Shown here piece by piece: positions 39,278 to 50,741 of a DNA stretch of 64,000 nt (positions within the stretch are counted from its first letter, which is position 1; the number at the start of each line of letters is the position of its first letter). This stretch comes from Paraphysomonas bandaiensis. Lineage: Eukaryota > Protista > Chrysophyceae. The DNA lies in assembly GCA_965644295.1 (NCBI GenBank), contig CBFFRP010000394.1, forward strand, positions 124,001 to 188,000. The letters run 5' to 3'. The notes beneath the pieces are model-generated. The model was not told the DNA's origin. It ran no database searches and was given only the letters and a program-made list of their open reading frames with translations. Made by a program: the position numbers and the translations under genes.

Positions 39278-42200
39278 TGGCAGCGGATGGAAATTTCACG
39301 AATGTCGCCTCAGGCTCAAAGGTACCTCCCTTCGAGGAACTGAACTTCAAGAAATTCAAGAAGTTCTTCACCTCATTCCTCATGAGACACAATCGAGCTC
39401 ATCTTGTCCTCTCAAAGGATAAACCAAGGCACATTCATGATCTAGACTCTACAGTCCCAGCGGGAGCTCATATGACTGATGCACAGAAGAAGCGACTACG
39501 CAAAGCGAAGAAACTCTGGAACACCCGGAACGAGACCGCGTACTCCTTCCTGATGGAAGTGTGCAATGCTCACCCAAAAGCAGGCACAACAGCGGCTCTC
39601 TACGAAGGAAGTACAGCAAAAGGGTTACTACAGGCACTGGAAGAGAGATTTCTCAATGTTGAAAAGAATACAGTACAGGCAGAGGTCACAAAGTTCAATT
39701 CAATGAAGATTACCTCAAGTCAGTCAGGAGCAGAGTTCGTCGACAGCGTTGAAGCCCAGGCCAAGATTCTCGAGAATCTAGGTCGTGAAGTCACGGAAGA
39801 CGACAAGCTCACTCGACTAAAGGAAGGTCTCACAGACAAGAGATATTCCCAACTAGCACACAGCCTGTATACAGCAAACGATGTGACATACGCAAGAGCA
39901 AGCAGCCTAATCAAAGGGTATGAAAACACATCATTCGGCAAGCATGCGTTGCAAAATTCAGGGGAAGACAGTGTCAATCAAGCAGTGGATGACAGTAAAT
40001 GGAAAGAGCACAAGAGAAAGGGCAGATGCAATAAGTGCAAGAAACTTGGCCACTTTGCTAGGGAGTGCAAGACTCCAGAGCATGTCATAAAGAGGATGAA
40101 GGGGACAAGATCACAGAGAAAAGATAGAGATCACAGAAACAGGGGTGATAACAAAACAAAGCTACCTGTGTGTGAGATATGTGACATCCCAGGCCATCAG
40201 ACTAAAGACTGCTTCCACTTGAAGACTGCTAAAGCTGCAGTGGTCAGTTCTAAACGGGGGCGAGACTCTAGAAGGGAAACGGCACCCTACAAGAACAAGA
40301 AGAAACCGCGAGTGTCTGTACATGATTCAGAAGATGAAGCGGGATACGAATCGATGATATGTGTGGAAGAAGAGGTGAATCTAGCACAGAGCATGTCAGA
40401 TGTTATTTATTTAGACAGCGGGTGCAACAAGATGATCCTTACCTCCAAAAACCACATGACCAACCTTCAGCGCGCTGATAGGCAGATGTCCACAGCGAAC
40501 AAAGGTAAACTGTCAATACACAGTGTTGGCGATGTAGGAAGCTTTAAAAAGGTGTACTACGCACCTGAAGCAAGTAAGAACCTCGTAGATATGAAGAGCA
40601 TCACAGATAGGGGTTGTGTTGTGACGTTCGATAATGATGAAGTCGTCATTCGAAATAAGACTACGAACAAGACACTCATTAGACAGAGAAGTGTTAATGG
40701 ATTATATCCAGTTCGACTCGAAGACTTACTTCAGCTTGGAGAAGAATCCTCAGCAGCACTTGAGGAGCAGGGGTTTGATGACCAGCGAATTCTATGGCAC
40801 AAAAGACTTGGCCATGTCAACTATGATAAACTGACTGAGTCCGACCGCCGAGGCCTAGTTGATGGAATAAATCTGGACAAGAAATATTTCAGAAAAAAAC
40901 ACAAAAAAACGATATGCAAATGTAATACCTGCATGCGATCGAAACTCACGAGAAAGAACTTCAGGACTCCACGCCAGTTGATGAACTTAGACAACAACCC
41001 AAAGGAGAGAGGGGTGCTCAGTGCAGATACGATGGAAGTCCTAAACACGCCATCGATGGAAGGCTACAAACATGTGTTACTATTCAAGCACAGTGATGCA
41101 AAACATGTATGGGCTTATGGGTTGAAAAACAAGACTGGGAGTGAAGTGTTAAAGTGTATGAAGGACATGGTAGAGACCCAACTTGTCAAAGAAGGATTGC
41201 AACTACGACGATATCATGCAGATGGCGCAGGAGAACTAGTAGGGCAACATGTCAGGCAGTACTTACGTGAAACCACCAGCACAAGGACTGTACAGGTTAC
41301 TTGGACTCCACGTGACACACCCGAAATGAATTCGCTATCGGAACGCACTAATCGTACAGTGAAGGAGATGGCCCTTGCTATATTGCTCGATAGTGGCATG
41401 CCATCAGTATTTTGGTTCAAAGCAGTCTTGCATGCTGTATATCTGATCAACAGGTTACCTACGAAGACAACGAAAGGATACATCTCACCTTTTGAGTATA
41501 TTACTGGAACCGCACCAGATGTGAGTGACTTGAAGATCTGGGGCTGCAAGGCATGGGCTATTGTGCCGAAGGAGCAGCGCCGCAAAGAGTGGAAAGAAAA
41601 GGGAAAACCTGGATACTATATGGGACAATGTCAACAACCTGTTGGACACCAAATATATATTCCAGACCTGAATGCTATTATTGTTGCAGTCAATGCACAG
41701 TTTGATGAGTCAATTCCAGAGCGTTCACAGGAGTATTTCGACGAAATAGATAATCTACAAATCGACACCTCAGAAACAGCAGAGAGTGTAAATGACTATC
41801 AGTACCTGGTGGGCCTCAGACATCTTGATGGACACCTGTGTTATGTTACCACCAGAGTGATAGAGAGAAGAGGAGTCATTGTTGCATATAGGAGATTAGA
41901 TATGAAAGGAAATACTACCGAGGAGCAAACTCCAATTCATATCAAAGATGTAGTAAAGATGACTCACTCTACAAAGTGTCAGACCGACAAGTTTAATAGT
42001 TTGCGAAATGAGTTGGATCAGACTTGTAATGACAGTGACAATGAACAGAGGACTCCTGACCGCTCAAATCGGGGCGCATCTTCAACAGGTGGGGCAGATC
42101 GAAATCCCAGAACTGAAAAACGACCTCGAAAAAAACGGCACATTGTTAACGTTGGTGTCCTCGGCGATGTCTCATTGTTTCTTGATTCCTCCAACAGCAC

Positions 42201-43794
42201 AATTAAAGAGCCACAGACGCTGGCAGAAGCAAAGAAGACTCCACAGAGAACATACTGGATTGAAGCTACCAGGAAGGAGGTGCACAAGCTTGAACGAAGG
42301 ACATGCTGGAAGATTGTCCGAAGGCCGAAACACCGAAAAATCATAAAATCTAAATTGGTCTTTAAAGTAAAGCGCGACCATCTTGGAAAAATTAAGAAGT
42401 TCAAAGTTCGACTTGTGGCGAAAGGGTTTACTCAAGAACAAGGAGTCGACTATAATGAGACATTCTCCCCAGTAGCTAAAGGTGTATCATTTAGGCTAGC
42501 ACTGGCACTGGCTCTGCGATACAATCTGCAACTCCGTCAACTCGATGTAGAAACGGCATTTCCGTATGCAGATCTGGACGAAGACGTGTTTATGTCTCCA
42601 CCTGCAGGAATAGATATTCCACAAGGCTGTTGTTTGAAGATTCTGAAGAGTTTGTATGGCCTAAAACAAGCGCCTCGAAATTGGCATTCAATGCTGAAGG
42701 ACAGTATAAAGGCGATGGGGTATAAACAATGTGTTCTTGACCCATGTTTATTTGTACTCAAGGGTACTGATGATAACCTACATATGATACTTGTGTATGT
42801 AGATGATATCATTGTGCTCAGCTCTGACAGCCGTCATATTGAAGAAGTCATCAGCGCCTTTAAGACTCAATATGCCATGCAAGATATGGGGGACCTTAAG
42901 CATTATTTAGGTCTTACCATTGAGCGTCATAATGGCCAGATTAAGTTACATCAGTCTGCATATGCTAAAGATGTTGTGGCCAGATTCAATCACTTGTTGT
43001 CAGAAAAGAAGAGACGGTGCAAGGCAACCACACCTCTACCACCTGGCCTAAAGTTGTCCAAGGATGCAAAAGAGGAAGAAACTCGAAAACAGAGAGAATA
43101 CGTTGATGCATTTCCCTATCAATCTGTTATTGGTGCCTTAATGTATTTGGCAGTGCATACTAGACCAGACATGGCATATACAGTAAATCTTCTCTCCCGG
43201 TTCACCACAAGACCCACGTACGCTGCATGTCAAGCTGCTCTGCATACTTTATTGTATTTAGAAAATACAGTTGATCAAGGTATCATATTTCCTAATTTCA
43301 CAGATGAAGACCCTCTATGTGTGTACTCTGATGCAGATTGGGCCGGAGATCTGGATACATGCAGATCCACTACAGGGTATATCGTATATCTGTGGGGTGC
43401 TCCAATTGCATGGCAGTCCAGACTGCAGCCAACAGTGGCTACGTCGACTATGGAAGCTGAATATATGGCTGCATATGCTGCAATTCAGGAGATTGTATGG
43501 ATACGAGGGGTGATGACAGAGCTCGGAATTCGTGGATTTGAGCTCAGTAAGAATGCGTCTCCAACAATCTTGAATATGGACAGCAAGAGTGCGATTGATC
43601 TAGCTCAGAACCCGGTAAATCATAAACGTTCCAAGCATATTCGGATCAAGTATCATTGGATTCGAGAGCAAGTGGGAGGCTGTATCGTCAGGCTGAATCA
43701 TGTGCCAACGGCAGAGATGACAGCAGACGTGATGACTAAAGCCTTGTCCGAGAAGCTGCACTATCAGCATGTGCACACTATGGTATCGCACTAA
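39277..43794 (+). CDS. Copia Gag-Pol polyprotein (Gag with two zinc knuckles, protease, integrase, RT, RNase H)
   Basis: CNKCKKLGHFAREC, CEICDIPGHQTKDC, YLDSGC, LWHKRLGH..CNTC, YHADGAGE..SER, RLVAKGFTQ, LYGLKQAPRNW, LVYVDD, YSDADWA, STMEAEY, in PR-IN-RT-RH order. Confidence 0.97.
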   Translation: MAADGNFTNVASGSKVPPFEELNFKKFKKFFTSFLMRHNRAHLVLSKDKPRHIHDLDSTVPAGAHMTDAQKKRLRKAKKLWNTRNETAYSFLMEVCNAHPKAGTTAALYEGSTAKGLLQALEERFLNVEKNTVQAEVTKFNSMKITSSQSGAEFVDSVEAQAKILENLGREVTEDDKLTRLKEGLTDKRYSQLAHSLYTANDVTYARASSLIKGYENTSFGKHALQNSGEDSVNQAVDDSKWKEHKRKGRCNKCKKLGHFARECKTPEHVIKRMKGTRSQRKDRDHRNRGDNKTKLPVCEICDIPGHQTKDCFHLKTAKAAVVSSKRGRDSRRETAPYKNKKKPRVSVHDSEDEAGYESMICVEEEVNLAQSMSDVIYLDSGCNKMILTSKNHMTNLQRADRQMSTANKGKLSIHSVGDVGSFKKVYYAPEASKNLVDMKSITDRGCVVTFDNDEVVIRNKTTNKTLIRQRSVNGLYPVRLEDLLQLGEESSAALEEQGFDDQRILWHKRLGHVNYDKLTESDRRGLVDGINLDKKYFRKKHKKTICKCNTCMRSKLTRKNFRTPRQLMNLDNNPKERGVLSADTMEVLNTPSMEGYKHVLLFKHSDAKHVWAYGLKNKTGSEVLKCMKDMVETQLVKEGLQLRRYHADGAGELVGQHVRQYLRETTSTRTVQVTWTPRDTPEMNSLSERTNRTVKEMALAILLDSGMPSVFWFKAVLHAVYLINRLPTKTTKGYISPFEYITGTAPDVSDLKIWGCKAWAIVPKEQRRKEWKEKGKPGYYMGQCQQPVGHQIYIPDLNAIIVAVNAQFDESIPERSQEYFDEIDNLQIDTSETAESVNDYQYLVGLRHLDGHLCYVTTRVIERRGVIVAYRRLDMKGNTTEEQTPIHIKDVVKMTHSTKCQTDKFNSLRNELDQTCNDSDNEQRTPDRSNRGASSTGGADRNPRTEKRPRKKRHIVNVGVLGDVSLFLDSSNSTIKEPQTLAEAKKTPQRTYWIEATRKEVHKLERRTCWKIVRRPKHRKIIKSKLVFKVKRDHLGKIKKFKVRLVAKGFTQEQGVDYNETFSPVAKGVSFRLALALALRYNLQLRQLDVETAFPYADLDEDVFMSPPAGIDIPQGCCLKILKSLYGLKQAPRNWHSMLKDSIKAMGYKQCVLDPCLFVLKGTDDNLHMILVYVDDIIVLSSDSRHIEEVISAFKTQYAMQDMGDLKHYLGLTIERHNGQIKLHQSAYAKDVVARFNHLLSEKKRRCKATTPLPPGLKLSKDAKEEETRKQREYVDAFPYQSVIGALMYLAVHTRPDMAYTVNLLSRFTTRPTYAACQAALHTLLYLENTVDQGIIFPNFTDEDPLCVYSDADWAGDLDTCRSTTGYIVYLWGAPIAWQSRLQPTVATSTMEAEYMAAYAAIQEIVWIRGVMTELGIRGFELSKNASPTILNMDSKSAIDLAQNPVNHKRSKHIRIKYHWIREQVGGCIVRLNHVPTAEMTADVMTKALSEKLHYQHVHTMVSH

Positions 43795-43842
43795 GTAGAC
43801 TTGCTCATCACAGTATATTCTGATATGTTCATTGAGTGGGAG

Positions 43843-44149
43843 TATTGAACTACAACCAACTCCTACGTGCGTACTTGAAGTTTGGTAAAGTCAATCGCTA
43901 GTAGTTATCCTGTATTCTATGTAGCAATGAAATACAGAATATACATGACTACAGTATAGGAGTAGCTATTACAAGTATACAAAGAAACTGAAAATATAGT
44001 AGCTGTTAAAGATATGATTTGTAGAACAGAATGTTGATGTTGGTGAATGACGTGGTTCCTAACTCACAGGGCTACAACATCATAAACTTACTATATCTCC
44101 TATAATATCAATCAGTCAATATTGCACTAACTAAAAGCGTAAATTAATA
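43843..44149 (+). repeat. 3' LTR
   Basis: Direct repeat of 38971-39277. Confidence 0.95.
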
Positions 44150-44390
44150 TTATAAGGCATTTAAATTACAGTAGTATGCAGTTGTAGTCTCGTTAATCGT
44201 ACCGTGAGATGAATGACGGTAAGTATAGTATAGTGGTAAAACGGAATATAGTGACGATGCAAGTTGTAGTGACGAAGTAAGATCGAACGAGAAATGAGTA
44301 ATAGTAGGTAGTAGAGACAACATGAAATTGGTGAATGATAAGAGATATTGATTATAATTTATAATTCTCAGCATTGAGTATAAGTTTACC

Positions 44391-44880
44391 TGTCGCACCT
44401 GTAGCGTTAAATGGTAGGATAATGGAATTTGTGCTGATTAGTTATGGGTAGAGGTCTAACTAGTATATCTAGCATTCAACTAGCCACTATATTGGTACAG
44501 GTTTTTAACGCCTATTGCTAAATAAAAAGACTTTCAATAAATATAAGTTTAGCTTCTGTTGTTAAGTTAATACTTTTCATATAATGTCAAACTTTGATAA
44601 AATCTAGTTCTCTGTTGTATAGTGAAGTAGTATCAATCGTAAGTATTCATTTATACTCTGATGTGGAAGTATGCTTTTATAGCACATCATAGTATTATAT
44701 TCCTTTACATACGGAAGTGGTCGCACCTTGATGCTTGCGGCGACGCACAAGCAGCTTCTGTAGCGCTAAATAGTAGGATAATAGAATTTGTGCGGTCTAA
44801 ATAGTACGTCTATCATTCAACTAGCAACTACATTGGTGCAGGTTTTTAACGCCTATTGCTAAATATTAAGACTTTTAATA
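44391..44880 (+). repeat. Two tandem copies of a dispersed repeat (family B, probably LTR-derived)
   Basis: tgtagcg.taaat.gtaggataat.gaatttgtgc...cattcaactagc.acta.attggt.caggtttttaacgcctattgctaaata at ~44400-44525 and ~44759-44865. Related copies at ~52490-52650 (+) and ~53005-53145 (-). Confidence 0.7.
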
Positions 44881-45033
44881 TATTCCTTTACATTCTTGGG
44901 AAGTAAGTTGACTGTTAAATGACTTATTGTATAAACTAGCTTATGAATAGAATCGTTGAGGTGACTTGTTGATTTCTATTATACTGATCACACAAGGACT
45001 TCCACATAATTCATAGTTAACTTAGTCGCAATG

Positions 45034-46277
45034 TCACGATTTAACCTTATCAACCATACTTGTGCTATTTAATTCTATCTGCTTCCGGGCTTCATTGAGA
45101 TATTCAAAGCCAATAGGGTTGTTTCTATCCTGCACAGTGCAAAGGGCAAAATAATGCGCGGCTTGTTTCATGTCCTTCTTTACTTCATTGCCCTCAAAAT
45201 ATATCATTCCCAAGTTGAAGGTGGAAGGAAACATCCCTTTACTCGAAGCCATTGAAAGCCATTTTATAGCCTCGTTGACGTCTTTTGGAACTATATCACC
45301 ACTCAAATAATAGCAGCCAAGGTTGTGTGCGGCACGAACATGTCCCGCCTCGGCAGATTCTTTCTAAATCATGAATACTACATCACATCCATCTATATAC
45401 TTGAAAACACTGGCACCTGCAATTGGATCCCTCTCTCCACATCACGCACTTCGCATCCCCGCCCTTCACATAGCCATACCCCCACCATATATTTAGCGGT
45501 CTGGTCTCCTGCGGCTGCGGCCATCTCGTAGCACGTGAGGGCATTGCTCTCGCTCTTGGTCACACCTGTTCCAGATGCGTACATATTTCCCATGTTGTAT
45601 AATGCAGGGGGCATACCATGACGTGCTGCACTCTGCAGAGAATATTGAGTGGAGAAGAGGTGGCAACAACACAGCATACCTCAAAGTGTCCGAATGCGGC
45701 AACATCATCTCGATTAGTTCCCTCTCCAGTTGATAGCATTATTCCACAGGCATACTGCAGGACAACTATGAGCACAACCCAATAGAGTATAGCACAATAC
45801 ATGAGCATGAGGGTGATCATGGTTGGCTGCAAGGCCACTGAGCAGCCGATAGGCTTCGTCGGGGTCCTTGTCAACTCCTTTGCCTTCTCTCAGACATGCT
45901 GCCAGGCTGTAAGAGGCCTCAGCCACACCACGATCACTGGCTACTTGCCAGGCTTTTGCTGCAAGAACCTCGTCTTGTTTGAGTTGGGGAGACCCCAAAT
46001 AGCGTATTTTAGCAAGCGTCATTAGCTGCTCACTGGTCAGTTCTTGCAAATGTTCTTCATTCCATGCTTCCATTTGAGCAATTTCATGCATTTCATATGT
46101 ATTTCTTGCTCCAATAGAGAGTTCTTTTATTGCTTCACGGAGATCTGCATATGCTTGAGCTTTACTGGCAGTTGAGTTGATTTTATTTAACGGTTTAGAG
46201 GGGTGATAGAACCGTACACGGGCAAATCGCCCGATTAATGAAATCGATACGGCTACAGTTCGAAGTGAAGGAAGCAT
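45034..46277 (-). CDS. Sel1-like repeat protein (multi-exon), possible mitochondrial presequence
   Basis: ASYSLAACLREGKGVDKDPDEAYRL, ALYNMGNMYASGTGVTKSESNALTCY, STFNLGMIYFEGNEVKKDMKQAAHYF. Confidence 0.85.
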
Positions 46278-46716
46278 GTAATATTATCCAATGAGCAGAG
46301 CGAAGTATGAAGTGGAAGTGTAGAATGGAAGTGCTAATTGGATTGTTAGTCTTTAGAGGGACTTGTACAGACACTGTGTGAGTATTCATGTGTATACAGA
46401 GTACGTACCTATTGGTGTGCACATTGCTACATACATACACCATCCACATTCCTACTGTATACACAGCTCTATACACTCTACATACTCGTTTTTTTGTATA
46501 CTGATTTTTTGGAGTGGGAAGAATACTGCTGTATGCTAATAGCTACTTGCTGTGCTTGTATATATGTATGTACTGTACAATGTACATATATATATACTGT
46601 ATATGCATATATGCATGCTATACGCAGTGATATAGTAGATAGATATCCCATACTTGATATATGCAATAGTGCTTCCATCAACATCATTCTTATATCCCTC
46701 TATAATCTTCTTTTAT

Positions 46717-47982
46717 ATGAATTCTTTATCAACTCGTTTAAAGAAATTTGATATCCATATAAAGACAGTGGATGGTGTGAGTCAACAGACTGTGATTGGT
46801 GCCATATTAACCATCCTCTGTATACTCCTTACTGTTACACTGATTATATATGAAACTAATGTATTTCTATCATCTGAAAGTATTCATCATATGGTAGTTG
46901 ATCAAGGTCATGTACATGATACGGTTCGTCTTGATGTGGATGTGGAGTTTCATGCTATATCTTGTAATGGTATGAGAGGCTCATATAATATCATCAAACA
47001 TATGTATTAATGTATATTCAGATATGTCCTTCACTCAAGAGGTCGTACGTGGTACTGTCCACCACAATGGTGAACCAAACATCACTTTCACCCCTCTCTC
47101 TCAGGGGGGATGTCATGTGGCTGGTTATATAGTTACGGACAGAGTGGGTGGAAACTTTAAGTTTCACGTTCACTCTGCTGGGATGGAGAACCATGATTTG
47201 AGGTTTCTCCCCGTGCCAAGACAGCCCCGTGAAAGTGATCCAGACATGACGTATGTAGCTGAACCTTTGTATGACCTCGTCGTTGATATGTGGTACAGAC
47301 ACACTATAAATAGGATGTCCTTCCTACCTGTGAAAGAACACGGCTTCGATTCTGCGCTCTATGACCACCCCGTCTTTAAACTTGCTTCCAAATCGCCGCT
47401 GAGTAACACGAAAGCGAAATTGGAGAAAGGTAAGTGTGCCTGTGCATTATGTTGTGAATCTCAACGAACGGTAGGAATTGGTATGTATCATTACGGACTA
47501 CAAATTGTGCCTACCCACAAGAAAAAGGGGGGAAAAGTTTCAGTATCAAGGCTAGACAAGATATCTGTTACAGAACGAGCGGTGAAGGTATCGCGCTGCA
47601 GCATATTTTTTTGTATCGTGACTATTGTGTTTACAGATATCTGACCTCAATCGCGGAATATCCCTCGGAGGTAGCATGGTGAAAGATTTCGTTGGGGTTA
47701 TAGTAACCTATGATTTCTATCCGGTTGGTGCAGTTGCTTCTCTTTTTTTTGACTAGACTGACCGTATTTTGCGGGGTGTAGGTCACTATTCTTATTGATG
47801 AAAAGAAGGAAGGTGTTCTTGAGTTCATTACCAGTTTGTGTGCTATCATTGGTGGTGTTATCACAATGATGAGGTATGAATAAACTCTTCATACGTGTGT
47901 TATCCTTGATGTCATATTGTGCAGTTTGCTGAATCGATGTCTCTACTCCTCTGTGAAAGTAATGATTGGCAAGAAAGATTAA
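46717..47982 (+). CDS. ER-Golgi intermediate compartment protein (Erv41/Erv46, ERGIC family)
   Basis: RLKKFDIHIKTV...QQTVIGAILT, GCHVAGYIVTDRVGGNFKFH, MYHYGLQIVPT, EFITSLCAIIGGV, ending IGKKD* (stop 47980-47982); several short introns. Confidence 0.88.
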
Positions 47983-48772
47983 TTGTTGTAACACAGTTAC
48001 CTGTTTTATATAGCCTGTAGTTTTGGTATTGTAGATAGGGGATAATAACAATTTCTAGGCTTCCATGAATTATCACTCTGTCAAGTTTTGTAACTACGAT
48101 AAATGACAAGGGATAATATTATTAGCTTATGTGTAGACAAGCTGGCCTAGTTAGTAGTAGTACATGCAGTATATATCTCACCGCGCGTGATGCAATATAT
48201 CGCACTCGTTCGGAACAGAATAGAAAACAGCATTCCATACGTCAATGATATGTCTTATCTATTGTATCTCGTAGTCATGATGGTACAGATATTACATGGT
48301 CAGCAACAAATACCGCGGTTAATACAAACTTTCTGAATACCATAAGGATATTTCTTTTTACAAGACCCGGGATTTCATAGCGATAAATATTAAATATGAC
48401 TACTGTCTGAATCCTTACTAATCCAAAATTCACGCATGCAAGATACTTCCCACCGATATATTGTCTATTGTACTATGTTTTCAATCTATTTGATAAACAG
48501 TGACTGTAGAAGCATCAAAATATTTCAAACGATTTCCAAGCTTGACATATACCTTTGATAAGAGCTGCAAGCAATTTTCCTTGAAATTTTCACTATATTT
48601 ATCACGTATTATACTTATTTGTAATATTTTTCTCGATCGATGATCGAAATTATTTGGAGAAAGAAATGATGCAAAACAAAGCACAAACGACGTCGTCAAA
48701 ATTTCAGGTGGCTAGCTTTAATATGCCGTAATCTAACCCAAACCTACTTCATTAATCTAACATATCAAAACT

Positions 48773-50144
48773 TTAAAGTTCATCGCCGCATCCTGATGTG
48801 CAGGTCGTATTTGGTGGGGCTTCAGACACCTCAGCGTATTCAGTAGCAGCCTGAGCACGGGCCCGATTCCAATATGAGGACGGCTGAACCTTCTCCAGTA
48901 TAGCACGATGCTTGTACTTCCTCGCTACTGACACTACTTCGTCCATAAGAGACTTCTCCAGAGTGACTGCTTGCAGCCCGAGGTTAGAAAACTTCTCGTG
49001 AATAACCTCAAGTTCATTGGCGGCATCCTCCTGGCGCGGGTTGGTGAGAAACGATACGGGCACTCCTGTCTGTTCCGAAATCATCTTAGCCAGATCTCCC
49101 ACGATAAGCGTCTCAGCAACTTGATTGAAGATCTCCACACGGTGACCAGCGGGTGGGGGATTGTTAATAGCAAGCTCTACACATTTAACAGTGTCTACAT
49201 ACAAACATCAGTTATGTTATGTAGAGAACTACTGAACTCAACTGAATACCTGATATGTGAATAAAGGCTCTGGTTTGTCCTCCTACCCCATACACGGTGA
49301 GTGGAATATCCAGAGCAGCCTGCATCAAGAACCTGTTCAATACTGTTCCGTAGTCGCTGTCGTAGTCGAAGCGGTTAATTAGTCGCTCATCTCGTAGTGT
49401 CTGATTGGTGTTTGTTCCCCACACAATACCTTGATGCAGATCAGTTATGCGTATACCGTCGTTCTTGTTGTAAAATTGAAAGGTCAAAGCATCTAAACAT
49501 TTTGTCAAGTGATAAACAGAGCCAGGATGGGCGGGGTGTAGTATGTTTTTCACATCCCCATTTGGAACAGTTACGTCAAGGTAACCTTCAGGAATCTCGC
49601 CACCTGATTTTCCATACCCATAAACCCCCATCGTTCCCAAGTGCACAACATGAATATCCAATCCAGACTCAATAACAGCAACAAGTAAGTTATTTGTCCC
49701 CGCAATGTTATTATTCACAGTATACATTTTATTTCTAGGGCTTTTCATGCTGTACGGGGCCGCACGCTGCTCAGCAAAGTGGACAACAACATCAGGTTCT
49801 TCTCTCACCAGCATTTGCACCATCTCTGAGTAATCTTCCGCAATATCCATAAAAATAAACTTAATATTTCTCCCTGATACCTCTCGCCATGCACTAATTC
49901 TCTCTTCAATAGTTTTGATGGGTGTTAATGAATCAGTACCAAGTTCAACATCAATTTTTCTTCTTGAAAGGTTATCAACTATAATAACATCATGACCTTT
50001 ATCACTTAAATGAAGAGCAGTAGGCCATCCACAAAATCCATCACCACCAAATACAATAATTTTCTTTTTTTGTGGAATATCAATATGCGATATCACAGTG
50101 CCCAATAAAAGGCATACTACTACACTAGATAAACTGCTCTTCAT
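48773..50144 (-). CDS. SQD1: UDP-sulfoquinovose synthase (SqdB-type)
   Basis: GGDGFCGWPTALHLS, VHFAEQRAAPYSMKS, HLGTMGVYGYG, PGSVYHLTK, TDLHQGIVWG, RFDYDSDYGTVLNRF, NPRQEDAANEL. One intron, 49195-49249. Confidence 0.96.
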
Positions 50145-50741
50145 TGTTTAACGTGTACTTATTCTCTGATAGTCTATTGAATCAAATGATTATGTGTGTG
50201 TTATGGTTATTGAACTGAAATATTCGAAAAGATTCTTATTGCAGTGCAATGCAATGAGAGGATCTCAATACAATGGATGGATATGAATGACTGATTATAC
50301 AACCAATCAGAGGTTAGGAAAGGGTCGGAATATCCCCAATATGGGATACGGTTTGCTGCCCGTTGACGGGTAGTACATGGTCCATGATTCAGATGTGGAG
50401 TTGTGAAAAGAGACGGATTATGGATTACGGCTACAAGTCGACATTCAATCTAGAAGAAATAGGAACGTCCGCCGTACACTGTACACCCCCCCGTGTATCA
50501 TGCCGGCATGTCCGTATATATGTACTACGACGTACGACTGCTGGTACTGTATGTCATATATACAGCAGTACGTAGTGGTTCCTACTTCCCATTGCATGTA
50601 CATATATATATATAGGCAGCATATGTATATACCATATAGTTGCATATGGAATTCCAGTCATCCCCTCTTTACATATATATACCTTCCTAACCCCTCTAAT
50701 CAATCAATCTAAATATTCCTGAGAAAGCTATTGCATTTCCC

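Larger units (their letters stand above)
38971..44149 (+). mobile_element. Intact Ty1/Copia LTR retrotransposon, 307-bp apparently identical LTRs, 5-bp TSD TTATA
   Basis: LTRs at 38971-39277 and 43843-44149; TTATA at 38966-38970 and 44150-44154; PBS-like TGGCAGCGG at 39278; PPT gagtgggag before the 3' LTR; single gag-pol ORF. Confidence 0.97.
38927..44390 (+). mobile_element. Older family-A LTR split by the intact Copia insertion (38927-38970 + 44150-~44390)
   Basis: tgttgagttctgttatatgagagcaattgaaagctgtagtt matches 25281 and 52138. Sequence after 44150 (aacatgaaattggtgaatgataagagatattgattataattt) matches ~25490-25530. Confidence 0.75.
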
